Shown: positions 23,977 through 38,109 of the stretch, piece by piece
Position numbering within the stretch: the first letter of the stretch is position 1
Layout: the number at the start of each line of letters is the position of its first letter
NCBI RefSeq assembly: GCF_006345805.1
Contig: NC_043004.1
Location: forward strand, 84,072,001-84,136,000
DNA length: 64,000 nucleotides
DNA from: Octopus sinensis
Taxonomy: Eukaryota
Direction: 5' to 3'
Notes under the pieces: generated by a model
The model's database searches: none
What the model saw: only the letters and a program-made list of their open reading frames with translations
What the model was told of the DNA's origin: nothing
Position numbers and translations under genes: made by a program

Positions 23977-24451
23977 ATGTATATATATATATATATATAT
24001 ATCTATATATAATATATATATATATATATACACGTATATGCATATGTATTCATGTGTATATGTATGTTTACATACACTTGTGTGTGTATGTTTGTGCATT
24101 CATACATTATAAATTTCAGCAAAAATGCGAATCATAGACGTTGGCAAATAAATTCCAATTTTAATAATATACATTTAACATGCAGCGACGGTGATTGATG
24201 GATCTCAAATGTAATAGGTACAATCAATTTGGAACTTCTAAAAATTACTTATGGACAGCATGTATATATACACATTCGTACAATCATACACACAGAAACA
24301 TATACGAACGCATATATATATGTGTCTGTGTCAGTGTGTTTGTATGTGTGCAAGTGTGTGTGAGTCTGTGAGTGTAGGTGTGCGGTTAGCTATTACTATT
24401 CTATCAATTTGTAACGGTATGCGTGTGCATATATATGTGTGAGTATGTATG

Positions 24452-24499
<48 letters not shown>

Positions 24500-24692
24500 A
24501 GATGTTTGATGTGAAATCGTGTGTTGAAACATATATTGTTCCATTTAGGAAGGAACTCTGGCCAAAATAAGATTAAGATTAATGTAAAAAATAAATAACG
24601 CAGAAGCAAAGTAACGCCAAATGTATAGTGCATGTGTTTTTATTGGCGAATCTGTCAAAATGACCATTCCTAAATACAACAATATATATATA

Positions 24693-24739
<47 letters not shown>

Positions 24740-25189
24740 ATTAGTACACACATACACATAAATCTATTCCCACGTATGTATATATATATATATATATTAT
24801 GTGTGTGTGTGTGCGTGTTTGTGTGTATGTGTGTGTTTGTTTGTGGTTGGGTGTTTATGCATTTATATATGTATAGATTCATCTCAGTTAGGGTGCCCAA
24901 TTTAGGTAGTAGCATTTCACTGGGATGCTAGATCCTGTATGTACACCGAGATCTCCGGCGTTGAAATAACCATTCAGTCGTATATAATCATTGTCTATAT
25001 TCTCAAAATATCCAGTCCAGATTTTGTCGGAGCAACTCTAGTGTCGAAAAAGTTTTACAGAACTTCTTAATTTTCCTAATTGTAAACATATTTGTAATAC
25101 TCTTTATATTACATTTTAATAACACGTTCATCTGTCCCTGATTTGAAGGACGTCGATTTCTTAAGTTTTTAGTGTTAATGTTGCTTATG

Positions 25190-25350
25190 ACATTCACGTC
25201 TCTAATTATAATGCCTTCTACAACAAGCATCGACACCAATGTTCGACTGGTATTTCCGTCGCCGTCAATGAAACGATGGAAAGCGAAGTCGATCTTTTTC
25301 GAACTTCCCACTCAGAATGTAACGACGAACAAAATGGCTCTAATCATTTC
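25190..25350 (-). mobile_element. Degenerate Deu/Nin-like SINE fragment
   Basis: gaaagcgaagtcgatc...actcagaatgtaacgacg homology. Confidence 0.45.
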
Positions 25351-25540
25351 GTTCAGCATGGAAAAACCCTCTGTTTGCTCACTGCTTTATTTAAATGTAA
25401 TACTAACCAGTAGACTATATTATCCATAATGTTAGTAATTGGAAACATCTGTGACAAAAGTTGCTGGTTATAATCACTGGGGCATAGTGTTTTTAGGACC
25501 AACTTCTGAATATCATGTAGCTGTTGCATAGTACCTTCAT

Positions 25541-26487
25541 GTTAGTAAGTTAGTTAGTTAATTTTTTTGCTCAAAAGCAAAAAGCAAGGCCATGTAGGGG
25601 GACATGGAGTTAAGTACAGGGTGGTGTTCATGTAAAGAGTTCAGGCCACTTGAGGTCAAGGGAGACTTTGAACAAAGCGGTCGTCGTCATCTTCACCATC
25701 TCGTCTGGCAGCTTGTTCCACGGATCCGCAACCCGGACGGGGAAAGCTCCTCTCCTTCGATTGAGATGAAATCGTCGCAGGTAGAGCTTTTCGGAATGAC
25801 CCCGCAGCCGACGATCTGGAGCAGGAGTGAAGAACAGCTCTTTCGAGAGGTTACACTTTCCGCTTATGATGTTGTGGGCGAGAATGAGATCACCACGGTG
25901 GCGGCGTTTTCTAGAGAATAAAGGTCGAGCGTCTTCAGCCTTTCTTCATAAGACAAATTCTTGAGACCATGAACCATGCGGTTAGCCAGCTTCTGCACTC
26001 TTTCGAGATGCTGTATGTCTTTGAGGAGATAAGGAGAAGAGGCTTGAATCCCGTACTCCAATATGGGTCTCACCAACGTGACATAGAGCGGTAGGAATAT
26101 GGCTGCTGTGAGCATTCCGAATGATCGTCGAATCAAGAACAGAATTCTGCGTGCTTTGTTGGCAGCATGGACGCACTGGGCCGAAGGCGAAAAGGAGGAA
26201 TCCACCAAGATACCCAGGTCCTTTACCTGATCGGTCCTCTCCAGCAGCAGACGACCCGGCTCGAAATCAAGTTGAGTTGCAGGAGGAGAGCCAACAGGCA
26301 GATGACACCATTTTGACACGTTCAGACACAGGACCCATTCGTTAGACCACCTCCAGATTTGGTGGAGGCATCGACGAAGATCCTCTATATCACCGTGAGG
26401 AGCGACCAGTTTGACATCGTCGGCAAATAGAAGGGTGTGTTGCGTGATGTCGTCGGGCAAGTCATTTATGAAGACGAAGAACAATAA
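25541..26487 (-). mobile_element. 5'-truncated CR1-group LINE with (CTAA)n-like tail; RT C-terminus frameshifted
   Basis: FINDLPD, LFADDVK, KDLGI, VRPILEY, LSYEERLKTLDLYSLE then frameshift (RRHRGDLI in the adjacent frame); gttagttagtt tail on + strand. Confidence 0.9.
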
Positions 26488-28483
26488 CAATTAATGTTAT
26501 TAATTATAGTGGCTGTATGTTATTTTAGCAAAAAAACAAATTTAGCAATATGTCGAATTTATAAAGTGATATTTTATATAAATCATATGCTGTTGTAATT
26601 TATGTACATGTAATCTTAAACTTATCACAGGTGTTTTAAGCACGTTCCATAGTAATATAGAAAGAATTGTGTCTTCTGCAAAAATATTGTAGTTATTTAT
26701 GATACTAATGGCGTTGTTTTGCATATATTCTTACTTTTTTTGGTATATTATATTATTTTGTTTCTATGTACGTTAAGATTTCTAATTTGTTAAAACTTTG
26801 TGTTGGAGCTATGTATCGTAAATTAACTCAACATTATTATTCACATAATTCCTGTTTATTAAATAGTTTTGTCATGTTTAAGTGACAAATGATATATTAT
26901 ATACACGAGAAGTACTATATTCTGAATATATTTAGATGTAAAAAATATCCACTATGTTATTAACAACTGTTTGACGTGAGATATTTTGTCTCCTTTTAAC
27001 AAGAGCTCAAGATTAGATGTTGTCAACGTGTTCTTGCAAAATAATGTTGAGTGTTGAATTTGGAGTATCATTGTTCGTGTTAACAAATGTTCCTTGTTAA
27101 AATACACTCAATATTCTGATGTTAACAAATGCTAGGTTTTAGCTGATTTTGGTAACAATAGATAATTGTTAGAAGTATATTCTATAGTATTGTCAACAGT
27201 CACTTCATTTTCGATTTATTGTTCTTGATGTTTTTAACAAGTGCTAGCTGTTAGACTTTATTGTATCTAAGCTAATTATCACAAACGATCGATGCTATAA
27301 ATTTAATACAGTATATAATTTCGTTTTCTTTGCTGTAAGTCGTATATATGATCCCCAGTACATGATATTAGTTATACACGGCCTCGTTATTTATTCGAAA
27401 ACAACTATTGCCTCTATATCAATATGGGATTTATTGATGCCAGATATGGTTTGCTCATGTATAGTCCTAGTCAGTTTTTTAAATACATTTTGTTGTATTT
27501 TTCCGATGAAAAAACAGAAGGTTCGATTGGAAAATATGGTAGTTTTCGCTAGATTTAGAAGTATTAAAAGACAATAAAGTGTACGAATTCTATGTGAATG
27601 AATGAATTCTATTTTACTGATAAATGATAATTCGTACAGTATTTTCAACAATAGCAGAATGATGCCAGTGGTCATGTGTGTAAGTATATTCTGAATAAAT
27701 ATAGAATGTTTTAATATATATTCTCTTTGCATGGCATTTAAGAAGCGCTTGTGGTACAATGTTGTTTAAATAGCATATTACTATTATTCTCCATCTTAGT
27801 ATTAAAAGATGTTGGGTGTTCATATCCAATATATTTTCTCTATTTTATTATTCAGAATGTCTGCTAGAGGGAAGTATTCTATTTAGTGTTACCAACATGT
27901 GCAACATGACGTAATTATGAACTTCATTATTTATGATGAGTTAGATCGTATTGGACTTTTATGTCTTTTTCTTAGTTCAGCGGCCATTTGGTAATATTTG
28001 TTCATGTTTATATTAAATAATAACTACATGTTAGGGAAAATGCTCAATTTAGTATACACCTTCAATACTGTAATCGTATCAGCCATGGAGTCTCTATGCT
28101 TACGTTGAGATTACAATTAATGAAATTTCTTTCATAACAGCTACGTCTCAGAGAAGATATGGTATTCGCTTGTTAAGCCAAGCACAATGTAATAAAATAA
28201 TTGTACCGGGAATATTTTAAAGAATGGTCTCCGCCGTATATAACAGAGTTGACTTCCACAACTTGTCCGATTAGCGGTTTGGTGAAAGGATATAATAGAT
28301 CTGTTAATGATTTATTGGTATTACGAGTCCAGTAACGTTGATACTAATGTGTTACCCGAATGGTCTGGCTGTTATTGTTGTGTAGCACTGAAGTCATTTC
28401 AGCACCGCTGGATGCGCAAGTGTCAAAAGGGATTCCACCCACATCCATGAATTCACTGGGCAGCAGCACGTTATACTAACCAA

Positions 28484-28866
28484 GGAGGCGCAATGACTCA
28501 GTGGTTAGGGCAGCAGACTCGCTGTCATAGAATCGCGGTTTCGATTCCCAAACCGGGCGATGTGAGTGTTTATTGAGCGAAAACACCTAAAAGCTCCACG
28601 ATGCCCCGGCAGGGGATGGTGGTGATCCCTGATGTACTCTTTCACCACAACTTTCTCTCACTCTTACTTCCTGTTTCTGCTGTACCTGTATTTCAAGGGA
28701 CCGGCCTTGTCACTCTCTGTGTCACGCTGAATATCCCCGAGAACTACGTTAAGTGTGCACGTGTCTGTGGAGTGCTCAGCCACTTACACGTTAATTTCAC
28801 GAGCAGGCTGTTCCGTTGATTCGGATCAACCGGAACCCTCATCGTCGTAACCGACGGAGTGCTTCC
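28484..28866 (+). mobile_element. Full-length tRNA-derived SINE (body A + tail X) with 11-bp TSD
   Basis: TSD atactaaccaa at 28473-28483 and 28867-28877; tgactcagtggttagg A-box and ggtttcgattccc B-box. Confidence 0.92.
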
Positions 28867-28892
28867 ATACTAACCAATGAGAGCAGATTATC

Positions 28893-29282
28893 TTACTCTT
28901 TTACTCTATTACTTGTTTCAGTCATTTGACTGTGGCCATGCTGGAGCACCGCCTTTAGTCGAGCAAATCGATCCCAGGACTTATTCTTTGTAAGCATAGT
29001 ACTTATTCTATCAGTGTCTTTTGCCGAAGCGCTAGGTTACAGAGATGTAAACACACCAGGATCGGTTGTCAAGCGATGTTGGAGACACACACAAATATAC
29101 ACATAAACACACAGACACACACATACACACACACATATATACATACATATATACAACGGACTTCTTTTAGTTTCCCTCTAGCAAATCACTCGCAAGGCTT
29201 TGGCCGGCCCGAGGCTATAGTAGGATACACTTACCCAAGGTGCCACGCAGTGGGACTGAACCCGGAACCATGTGGTTGGTGT
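28893..29282 (-). mobile_element. CORE-like SINE with internal microsatellite
   Basis: Reverse complement of 32888-33350. Confidence 0.88.
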
Positions 29283-30564
29283 GACATTTTATTTCTTCAT
29301 TGTTCTTCTGCCTTAAACAATTTATATGTGCTAAATGGCCAGTGACTAGATTTTTAATGGTTATGTGAAACGTCTCTAGGTGGCAAAGAATTTACAAATT
29401 GTATGCGGTTAGAACGTGATGATCTCTACTTACATCATGTATATAAGGAGGGATGGATGCTATAAATTACAGCATTAGGTTCCAGTGCACTTGGATATTA
29501 TAAATTTACTTTGTGCCGAATGTTATTGCGTTTCAATTGAATCAATTGCTACAAAGTAAAGTCTTGTATTTAAACGTTGGGTGTAATCAAATTTGACATT
29601 CTTTTATTACCATTGTATAAATATGCAGAGTATTATACTGTTCCTCGTTATATGTTCTGATAATATCAATACATGTTCGAAGACAGTGTTCATTCTTTTT
29701 TTAAATTTCTTTTCCAGTATTTCTGTCTTAACAATATCTCAGTATTTTTTATCAGAATTGTTATCTATGAAACCGATATCATTCTTTCATCTGTTTTGTC
29801 TCCTAAATTACTTGCAAGCTGGTTCATCTGTATTATCTAAACATCAAACTTTTTTTATATAAGTGTCACCAATGCATCATTTTAGCTGATTTATCTCATT
29901 GTATCGATTGCTATATTTCTCAGTTCATGCTTTAAAACAAAATACTACACCGTTCTTATAGCAACGCTGTTTTATCACAATATCAGCCTTTAAAATATCG
30001 TTATTTATATCCCTTATTGTTATCTCTTTGTAACCCTGTACTTTCCCATCGTTATATATGTTCTTAACCATTAGTTACGTCTTGATTATTCTAAACGCTT
30101 ATTTTCTATACGTTTTTCTATTATTCTAGATTAAATTTACTTAAATTTATTAACTTCCAAAGCTCTATTTTGATTGGCTCATTCATTTTATATTTGTAGA
30201 CGTTTCTACATCATAAGCTGTAGGCTCAATGCTTGGCAACGAGGAATACCTCATATTTTGGAGGGACAAACTAAATGATACGATAAACCCTGTGTATGGC
30301 TCAAATGTATATATATACATGAGTATATTGTTGCGATTTTAACGAAAAAAAGAATCATAAAGAGTAATAGAAAAAATATTACTTAAGAATTATTACAAAA
30401 TTAGTTTTGCATTCTACTGATTTTTGTAATGATGTATATATAACCGTTTGCATGTGCTTTGTGGTTGTAATTTTGGGTGTTGTTTTAGTTGGTATATGCT
30501 GTGTTTGTGTAAATGTGATGTAGTAAACTACCATCACAACACTTCCATGCCTAAGTTATAAATA

Positions 30565-30948
30565 CAGTAGAACCTCGCAGTACGAGTTCCCCACTGTACG
30601 AATAATTTGCTGTACGAGCCGAGACTCGTGCGAATTTTTTTCTTGACTTACGAGCGGAAATTCGCAGCAGAAGAACACAAATCGACATACCGTTGAGGTA
30701 ATTCAGTTAACAGAAAACAGTTTACATATTTCCCTTGCATTGTATTTCTTCGTAACTGTTATTATGCCTGTAACTACACATTCTCTGTTTTAAAACACTA
30801 AAAGGTTATTTTTGAGTGGATTTGTCGGTCTAGAACGAATCAATTATGGTTTAGTTCATTTTAATGAAGGAAACTTATTTGTGAAACGAGAAATTCGTAC
30901 AAGCTCGGTCCTGGAACGAATTGAACTGGTACTGCGACATATCACGAT
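30565..30948. mobile_element. Tigger/Tc1-mariner-type MITE
   Basis: TA|cagtagaacctcgcagtacgagttc left end; imperfect inverted gaactggtactgcga at the right end. Confidence 0.65.
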
Positions 30949-31954
30949 ATACCAATGTGTAAGACGTATATGCATGTATCATGTCAGGTTTGTTCAAATT
31001 AGCAGTATTTTCTCACCTCGAAACGTCTCTAATTTCAGTTTTAACTAGGTCTATTAGAGGATTTCATTTTTCCCTAATTTAAGAATGCTTCAAAATATAC
31101 ATACATGGAAATTTTCTTAAGTATAAACAACAAACATTTTAACGTGTGTCTTAGTATTCTGTTGTTAGTCAAGAAAAAAAATGCCAATATGTACATGGAG
31201 ACCAAGTACGTTTCTATTTTGAGAACATAAATAATCTTTGGATTATAAATGTATGTACATGTTTATATCTACCAAATTTTTATTGTATGTTTATATCTTT
31301 TGTTATTGGAAATGAATGTAAGCTATCAAATTTTCGAGTTTGAATTTCGGATATGATAACTTTATTCCTCGTTTATAATAGGAGTTTGGCATTATTAAAC
31401 AGCGCTATGTTGTGATAATATTATGTTTTTATGTAAAACATCTTGTTGTTTTAAGAAACTTGATACTATAAATATCATTTTGTTCACTTCTATTTTAATA
31501 CATATAGCACATTCCATCTCACAAGAATATATAAATACTACTGTAACCTTTGTAGTTTACCTCTTCATTGTTCTTACAAATGTTTTCTCATTTCTTGATT
31601 ATACTCATAGTTTGTTTATCGACGGATATATTCGATAGGGGTTATAAATGTTTTATTACACTGTTCTATATCTATTGTTATTACACTTCTCTATCATACA
31701 CGAAAGGGCATCTATATAATTATTTAATGTGATATTGTAAACTATGTCTGAATGTATTTATCAAGATATCAACGTTCGTTTTTAAAAGTACGATTGAACA
31801 TGTGATTGGTGATATTTTGCTGGCTTAATAAACAGCATCGGTTCGTTCAGCATGAGATACGTCGTTCTGTTGATTCATCCAGAGCTCATTATACCACAGC
31901 TTCCATTCCAGTAGCAACATATAGTACATTGGTCGTCGGCCTCTCAATCCAAAC

Positions 31955-31958
31955 TATA

Positions 31959-32040
<82 letters not shown>

Positions 32041-32131
32041 TATTATATATATATGTATGTATATATTATAGTATATATATATATATATTATATATATATG
32101 TATGTATATAATATATATATATATATCTATA

Positions 32132-32164
<33 letters not shown>

Positions 32165-32264
32165 ATATATATATATATATATATTACATATATATTCATA
32201 TATATATATACTTATATATATATATATCATATATATATATACATATATATGTACATATATATAC

Positions 32265-32324
<60 letters not shown>

Positions 32325-32330
32325 CTGCAT
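31955..32330. repeat. (TA)n-rich microsatellite
   Basis: Directly visible. Confidence 0.96.
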
Positions 32331-32887
32331 ATATGAAAATGTACTAATGATTGTCTATATATACATTGGGTAAGATATTTAAATCCAGTGATATGAATTC
32401 AAGATTTACCCATTCGAAGAAGTATATAAGAATCGCTTACCTTATGTAAATGTTGATGCCCCTTAAACTTGATTCAGTCAGCCATAACCTATATTAAACT
32501 GAATGCCCACACAGTACACGCCTGGATATTTTATTCCTGTCTATTCGTTTATATATGTATATACGTATATGTTGGTGTGTGAGTATTTGTGTGTGCAAGT
32601 ATGTGAGAGTATGTGTTTATATGTGTGTGTGTGTTTGTATAAACGTAAATATTGTTCCTCAGTAAATTGCATTTCTTGATGCATGCTTTATATAGTTTGT
32701 GTTTGTACATTTTATCTGATACTCAGGTATATGCGTATGTATATACTATATCTATTGTGAACGGTACTTTCATTTACGTGTGCGTAAGTATGCACACACT
32801 TTATATTACCATATGTGTTTATCATTTGTAACTATTTTGATAAATTTTAACGCACGAAACCACTGTTACACTTGCCATATATTATAT

Positions 32888-33066
32888 GGGAGTGGCTATG
32901 TGGTAAGTAGCTTGCGTACCAACCACATGGTTCCGGGTTCAGTCCCACTGCGTGGCATCTTGGGCATGTGTCTTCTACTATAGCGTCGGGCCGACCAAAG
33001 CTTGTGAGTGGATTTGGTAGACGGAAACTGAAAAAAACAGTCATATATATGTATATATATAGTATG

Positions 33067-33097
<31 letters not shown>

Positions 33098-33117
33098 TAT
33101 GTGTGTGTGTGTGTATG

Positions 33118-33151
<34 letters not shown>

Positions 33152-33349
33152 CGTGCGGTGTGTGTGTGTGTGTTTGCGTGTGTGTCTGTCGCCCCAACAT
33201 CGCTTGACAATCTATTCGGCAAAAGGAGACCGATAGAATAAGTAGTAGGCTTACAAAAAAATGAGTCCTGGTGTCGAATTGCTCGACTAAAGGCAGTACA
33301 CCAGCATGGCCGGAGTCTAAGGACTGAAACAAGTAAAAGACTGAAAGAG

Positions 33350-33350
<1 letters not shown>
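32888..33350 (+). mobile_element. Near full-length CORE-like tRNA SINE with internal (TA)n(TG)n
   Basis: ggagtggctatgtggtaag A-box, gggttcagtccc B-box, ggcatcttgggcatgtgtcttctactatagc CORE-like, 3' ctgaaacaagtaaaag. Confidence 0.9.
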
Positions 33351-33695
<345 letters not shown>

Positions 33696-34224
33696 ATGTG
33701 TGCATCTTTGCGGGCGAACAGAATAAATTTCCAGCGATAAAGGGGAAAGAAAAAATCAAAAGAAAGTGAAAAATCATATCATTGCAAGCAAGTAGCGACA
33801 AAACAAAATTAAAAGACATTGTATAATGAAGTATTGTTTTGTGTAATGCACAGCGCTTGTGTCACGTAGAAAGATTTGTGGGGAAAAGAGTCGGAGCGAA
33901 AGAGAAATCGTAAAGGAAATACACAAGTGGAAATGGAAATAAAAGAAGCAGAATATAATGATATTAATGAAATAGAAAAATGGTTATGGCAGTGTTTTAG
34001 GGAGAACATCGCTTAAAGATGTAGAACCAGCGAAATGAATACGGCAAAAGAAGAGATAACTGATAATTGCAGGCTATTGTTAAGTGAAATATATGTGTGT
34101 GTATATGTTTGTTAGTGTATTTATTTATACATACACATGCAAATATACACATATATATGCATATATACATACATGTATATATGCATATATATATATATAT
34201 AATCATATATATATATATGCACAT

Positions 34225-34278
<54 letters not shown>

Positions 34279-34987
34279 ACACGCACATATATACGCATGT
34301 TAATATGCATACATATATTATATTATATATATATATATATACAGAGCGAGAGAAAGAGAGAGAGGGGGAATGATGTACCTAAACAAGGACAGAGGTGCAG
34401 AGAAAACAATGTTATGGTGATAGTTAGACATAAATAGCAAGGGAGGGAGAGGAGGAATTCGTGAATATTTGTCCTTGTATCTCACTGTTTGTGCGTGTGA
34501 TTTCTCAACTAAGTAAAATAAAACACGTAATTATCTGTAGTTCATTGAATAATGAAAAACCGAACATCAGAGGTGATAAATCAAAGAATAAAAGAGAGTT
34601 ACATAGAGAGTAGCAGAGATAGAGAAGATGAACAGAAAGAGACAGATGGGGAGAAGGAAATTGAGAGGGAGATTTCGTGGGCAAAACGGTTAAAAACGTC
34701 AGGGAAACTGAAATTGAAGTTCAACACACCTTTGTGCATGTGTGTGCGTTGGTCTGTCTGTATGAGTGTTTCCGTCTATCTATCAGTGCGTGTGTGTAAA
34801 GGTACGTGTATGTATACATGCATATACGTGCGTAGGGCATAGCGAGAAAATTTCGATGAAAATAAAAAGGAGTACCAAGGAAGAAGTGGGAAAATCCAGA
34901 ACAAAAATATTAGTCTATGATAAAATTAAAGTTAACTGAACAATCGTAAACATCATCTTAATCGTTTTTGTTATTATCATTGTACAT

Positions 34988-35400
34988 ATTATTATTATTA
35001 TTATTATTATTATTGTCTTTTTTTCTTCTTCTCTCAAATTTGCTTCCATTTCTTGACGAGTGTCTTCCCGACTCCTAGGGCAAAAAAACTCATAGTATAC
35101 ATTTGTAGGCCATTAAACTAAACTCACTAGTTCGTTCTTTTGTTTTTTAAGTTAAATTAAAATATATGGGTAGTAATAGTTCTCATATCGACAATGCTCT
35201 TCTCAATACGTGTGATGTACCAGTTAAGACAATATTTTGCACTTCTTGCAGGGAAGGTAAGCCAGCGATCATTCTCATATAATTTTCGGTTCCCTTCTTC
35301 ATCATTCCTAGTGCTCCTACGATCACTGGTATTGTAACCGCCTTGAGATGCCACATTTTCTCAATTTCAATGAGTAGGTCTTTACAATATTTACCAAAGC
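34988..35400 (-). mobile_element. R4/Dong-clade LINE 3' end with (TAA)n at the 3' junction
   Basis: KDLLIEIEKMWHLKAVTIPVIVGALGMM...LQEVQNIVLTGTSHVLRRAL is the restriction-like endonuclease C-terminus typical of R4/Dong. Confidence 0.85.
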
Positions 35401-36369
35401 AGATCCCGGTAATAACAGTCGCATCCATTCTAATACTTGTATGGGTAAGACAGTGCCAATCTGTTAGCCAAAGAGCATCGTTTCAACAAAAGAGATGATT
35501 CTGTGTAAATATATGTAAACCGAATATATAAAACGTATCTTAAGAAAAAAAGTACTCTTGGCGTTGAAAGATTCCAAGTTTATGGACTCGAAGAACTTAG
35601 TTCTCCAGAACACAATAACGGAAGACATTTAGGTATCTTGGGAAAGTCCTGTCTAATTGTATTTCATAAACATCTGAGTAAAACAGAATTTCAAATCATT
35701 AACTGTCCATCATTGTGCATGTACGTTGATTATAATCCATTCAACCATTAGCATCAAACTGAGGCCTAAATCTTCACGGTCGATACACTGCCTCGGTTGT
35801 GAAACCGAACTACCTTCAATCTGAACATTTATCACTATTTTGAAGTACATTCAGCAGTTTTCACCGTCTATGTATACATTTTAATCATTCTGAAAACTGA
35901 TAGTATGCAATCCTGTTTCACTAAATTCTATCGAATTATATTGTATGTTTATTATAAGTTTCTTGAATTGCAACCACATTCAATGATACTCACGCACGCA
36001 TGCACGCACACACATACAAACAAACACACAAACTTAGGCAACTAAATTATGAAAGAAAAAAAAAGCGTGTTTGGTAAGTCAATTTAAATTACGTGTGGTA
36101 GAAATAACTAGTTACGATTTTATTACCAAATAAAATATTACAACCTATTTTGCCGACATTATTGAAATTGGTTCGTATTTCTCGAAATATATTTATATTT
36201 TCCATTGATTTCTACTTTAAATTATATGTGCAATATTTAATTTTGAATGATTTATGATTATTTTTATATTGTTGAAAAAATTTAATTCGGCATAAGTATG
36301 TATATTATGGTCGTATTTTTATTTATCACAATCTATTAGTGCCATTACTAAGAGGAGAAAAATCTCGTT

Positions 36370-37150
36370 TTCACATCGTGTAGAAATTCGGGGGAATTAC
36401 AACCGTGTTTCGTGGTCTGCTGCCACAAAAGCTCCTTTATAGGATCCAGTTAGCTCAAGACATCATCAGGAGGAACCACGTCCGGTTTCGGCCCCTACTC
36501 CCCTACCGTTTTGACGTGGCGCCCCTCTCCTTTTCGGATGTGTCTTCAGCTCTGGTGTTGTGTGCATTTCTTCTTTCTTCTGTTCCCTGGCCTCTTCGAT
36601 GTATCGTCAGCGAGTGTCAGCCGGTGACTGACTGTCTTGTCAAATTTCTCCCTTTAAATACCTGCCGCAAAGGCTCCAGCAGGCAGCCCCAGCAAGTCAT
36701 CACGTGATACTGTTTCACCTCAACTGACTAGTGAAGACGCGGAATTTTAGCCCGCGCTTTTTCTAAACGACCGTCACCTGTCAGTCAGCCAAGCTGATTC
36801 AGTCAGCTTGTCTCACCTAATGATGTTATTTCCCGTCGGCGTGTTTATGACTTTCAAGCCAGTTTCGGTCTTCCCGCTTCAGCCATATATAGAGCTGGCT
36901 TTTTCGACCACCTCTTGTACTCTCCTTATTAGTTTACGCAGCTTGGGGCTAGAAAAAACAAATCTTCTTTTCAAAAGCGTTGTCATTTTCTTTTCAATGA
37001 AGCCTCTAGCCCCCACTGCCAGGTGATAATATTCGACATTTTATCCCTGTTCTCTGCATTCTTCGATTAGCATTTCATACCTCTTCTCCTTTCGTCCCTC
37101 TCCATTGCCGATGTTCTCTTCCCAAGGTACTGTCAGTTCTAGTAAAATTC
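36370..37150 (-). mobile_element. HERO-clade LINE 3' fragment plus probable GC-rich 3' UTR
   Basis: Minus strand 37150-36880: ILLELTVPWEENI...RKEKRYEMLIEECREQG*...AVGARGF...VVEKAS. Confidence 0.8.
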
Positions 37151-37254
37151 ATCATGCAAGGTGTATGGCTGTCTCCTGAAGAAGTATTGACTACCCATCA
37201 AGATGTGATCAATTATTGATTTCAGACACAGACATATGTTCACATATTTTGAGG

Positions 37255-37920
37255 AGGTAAGAAGAGCTGGCAGAAACGTTATCGAAATTTCCTAGTAGAA
37301 TTTGAAACTAAATTTTGAGGAGGCAGCGAGCTGGCAGAAACATTAGCACGCCGGGCGAAATGCTTAGCGGTATTCCGTCTGCGTTACGTTGTGAGTTCAA
37401 ATTCCACCGAGGTCGACTTTGCCTTTCATCCTTTCGGGGTCGATAAATTAAGTACCAGTTACGCACTGGGGTCGATGTAATCGACTTAATACCTATGTCT
37501 GTCCTTGTTTGTCCCCTCTGTGTTTAGCCCCTTGTGGGTAATAAAGAAATAGGTATTCCGTCAACCTCTACGTTCTAAGTTCAAATTCCGCCGAGGTCGA
37601 CTTTGCCTTTCATCCTTTCGGGGTCGATTAAAAAAGTACCAGTTACGCACTGGCGTCGATATAATCGACTTAATCTGATTGTCTCTCCTTGTTTGTACTC
37701 TCTGCGTTTAGCCCATTGTGGGTAGTAGAAGAAATAGGTATTTCGCCTTCTGCTACGTTCTGAGTTCAAATTAAGCCGAGGTCAATTTTGTCTTTCATCA
37801 TTTCGGGGTCGATTAAATAAGTACCAGTTACGCACTAGGGTCGATGTAAGCGACTTAATCCCTTTGTCTGTCCTTTTTCGTCCCCTCTATGTGTATGTCC
37901 CTATGGGCAATAATGAAAGA
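37255..37920 (+). mobile_element. Deu/Nin-like tRNA SINE with three tandem ~184-bp body units, plus a short upstream duplicate of the head
   Basis: gaggtc anchors at 37409, 37593 and 37778; aggcagcgagctggcagaa head at 37321. Confidence 0.9.
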
Positions 37921-38109
37921 AGGAAGAGAGCAATCGATTATCTAGCTGCTTACTACAAGATTAGATGATTTATTTCATTGCTGCTGAACAATGTTGAGGT
38001 GAAATTTCCCAGTAGACCTAAATACCGTACGTTTTTATGATACACTCCTCTGTTTCACCAATTTGCCAGCTGTTCCACTTTGTCTTTGACATACAATAAT
38101 CCTCACTAA

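Larger units (their letters stand above)
26500..31950 (-). pseudogene. Possible highly decayed ankyrin-repeat ORF, interrupted by SINEs and a MITE
   Basis: Scattered minus-strand fragments: ASK....TCSIVLLKTNVDILIN, ITPIEY, WNVLY, QTPII, WSP(V)HI, KTALL, NEEQYNTLHI, HHSAIVE, VNTNNDTP; many stops and frameshifts. Confidence 0.3.

Noticed and set aside
28484-28560. tRNA-like sequence (also at 1180, 54148, 62755, 63650)
   Set aside because: SINE heads continuing into repeat bodies with TSDs; no proper cloverleaf
37391-37920. Regularly spaced repeats resembling a CRISPR array
   Set aside because: Whole 184-bp units are homologous, no unique spacers, no cas genes, eukaryotic context
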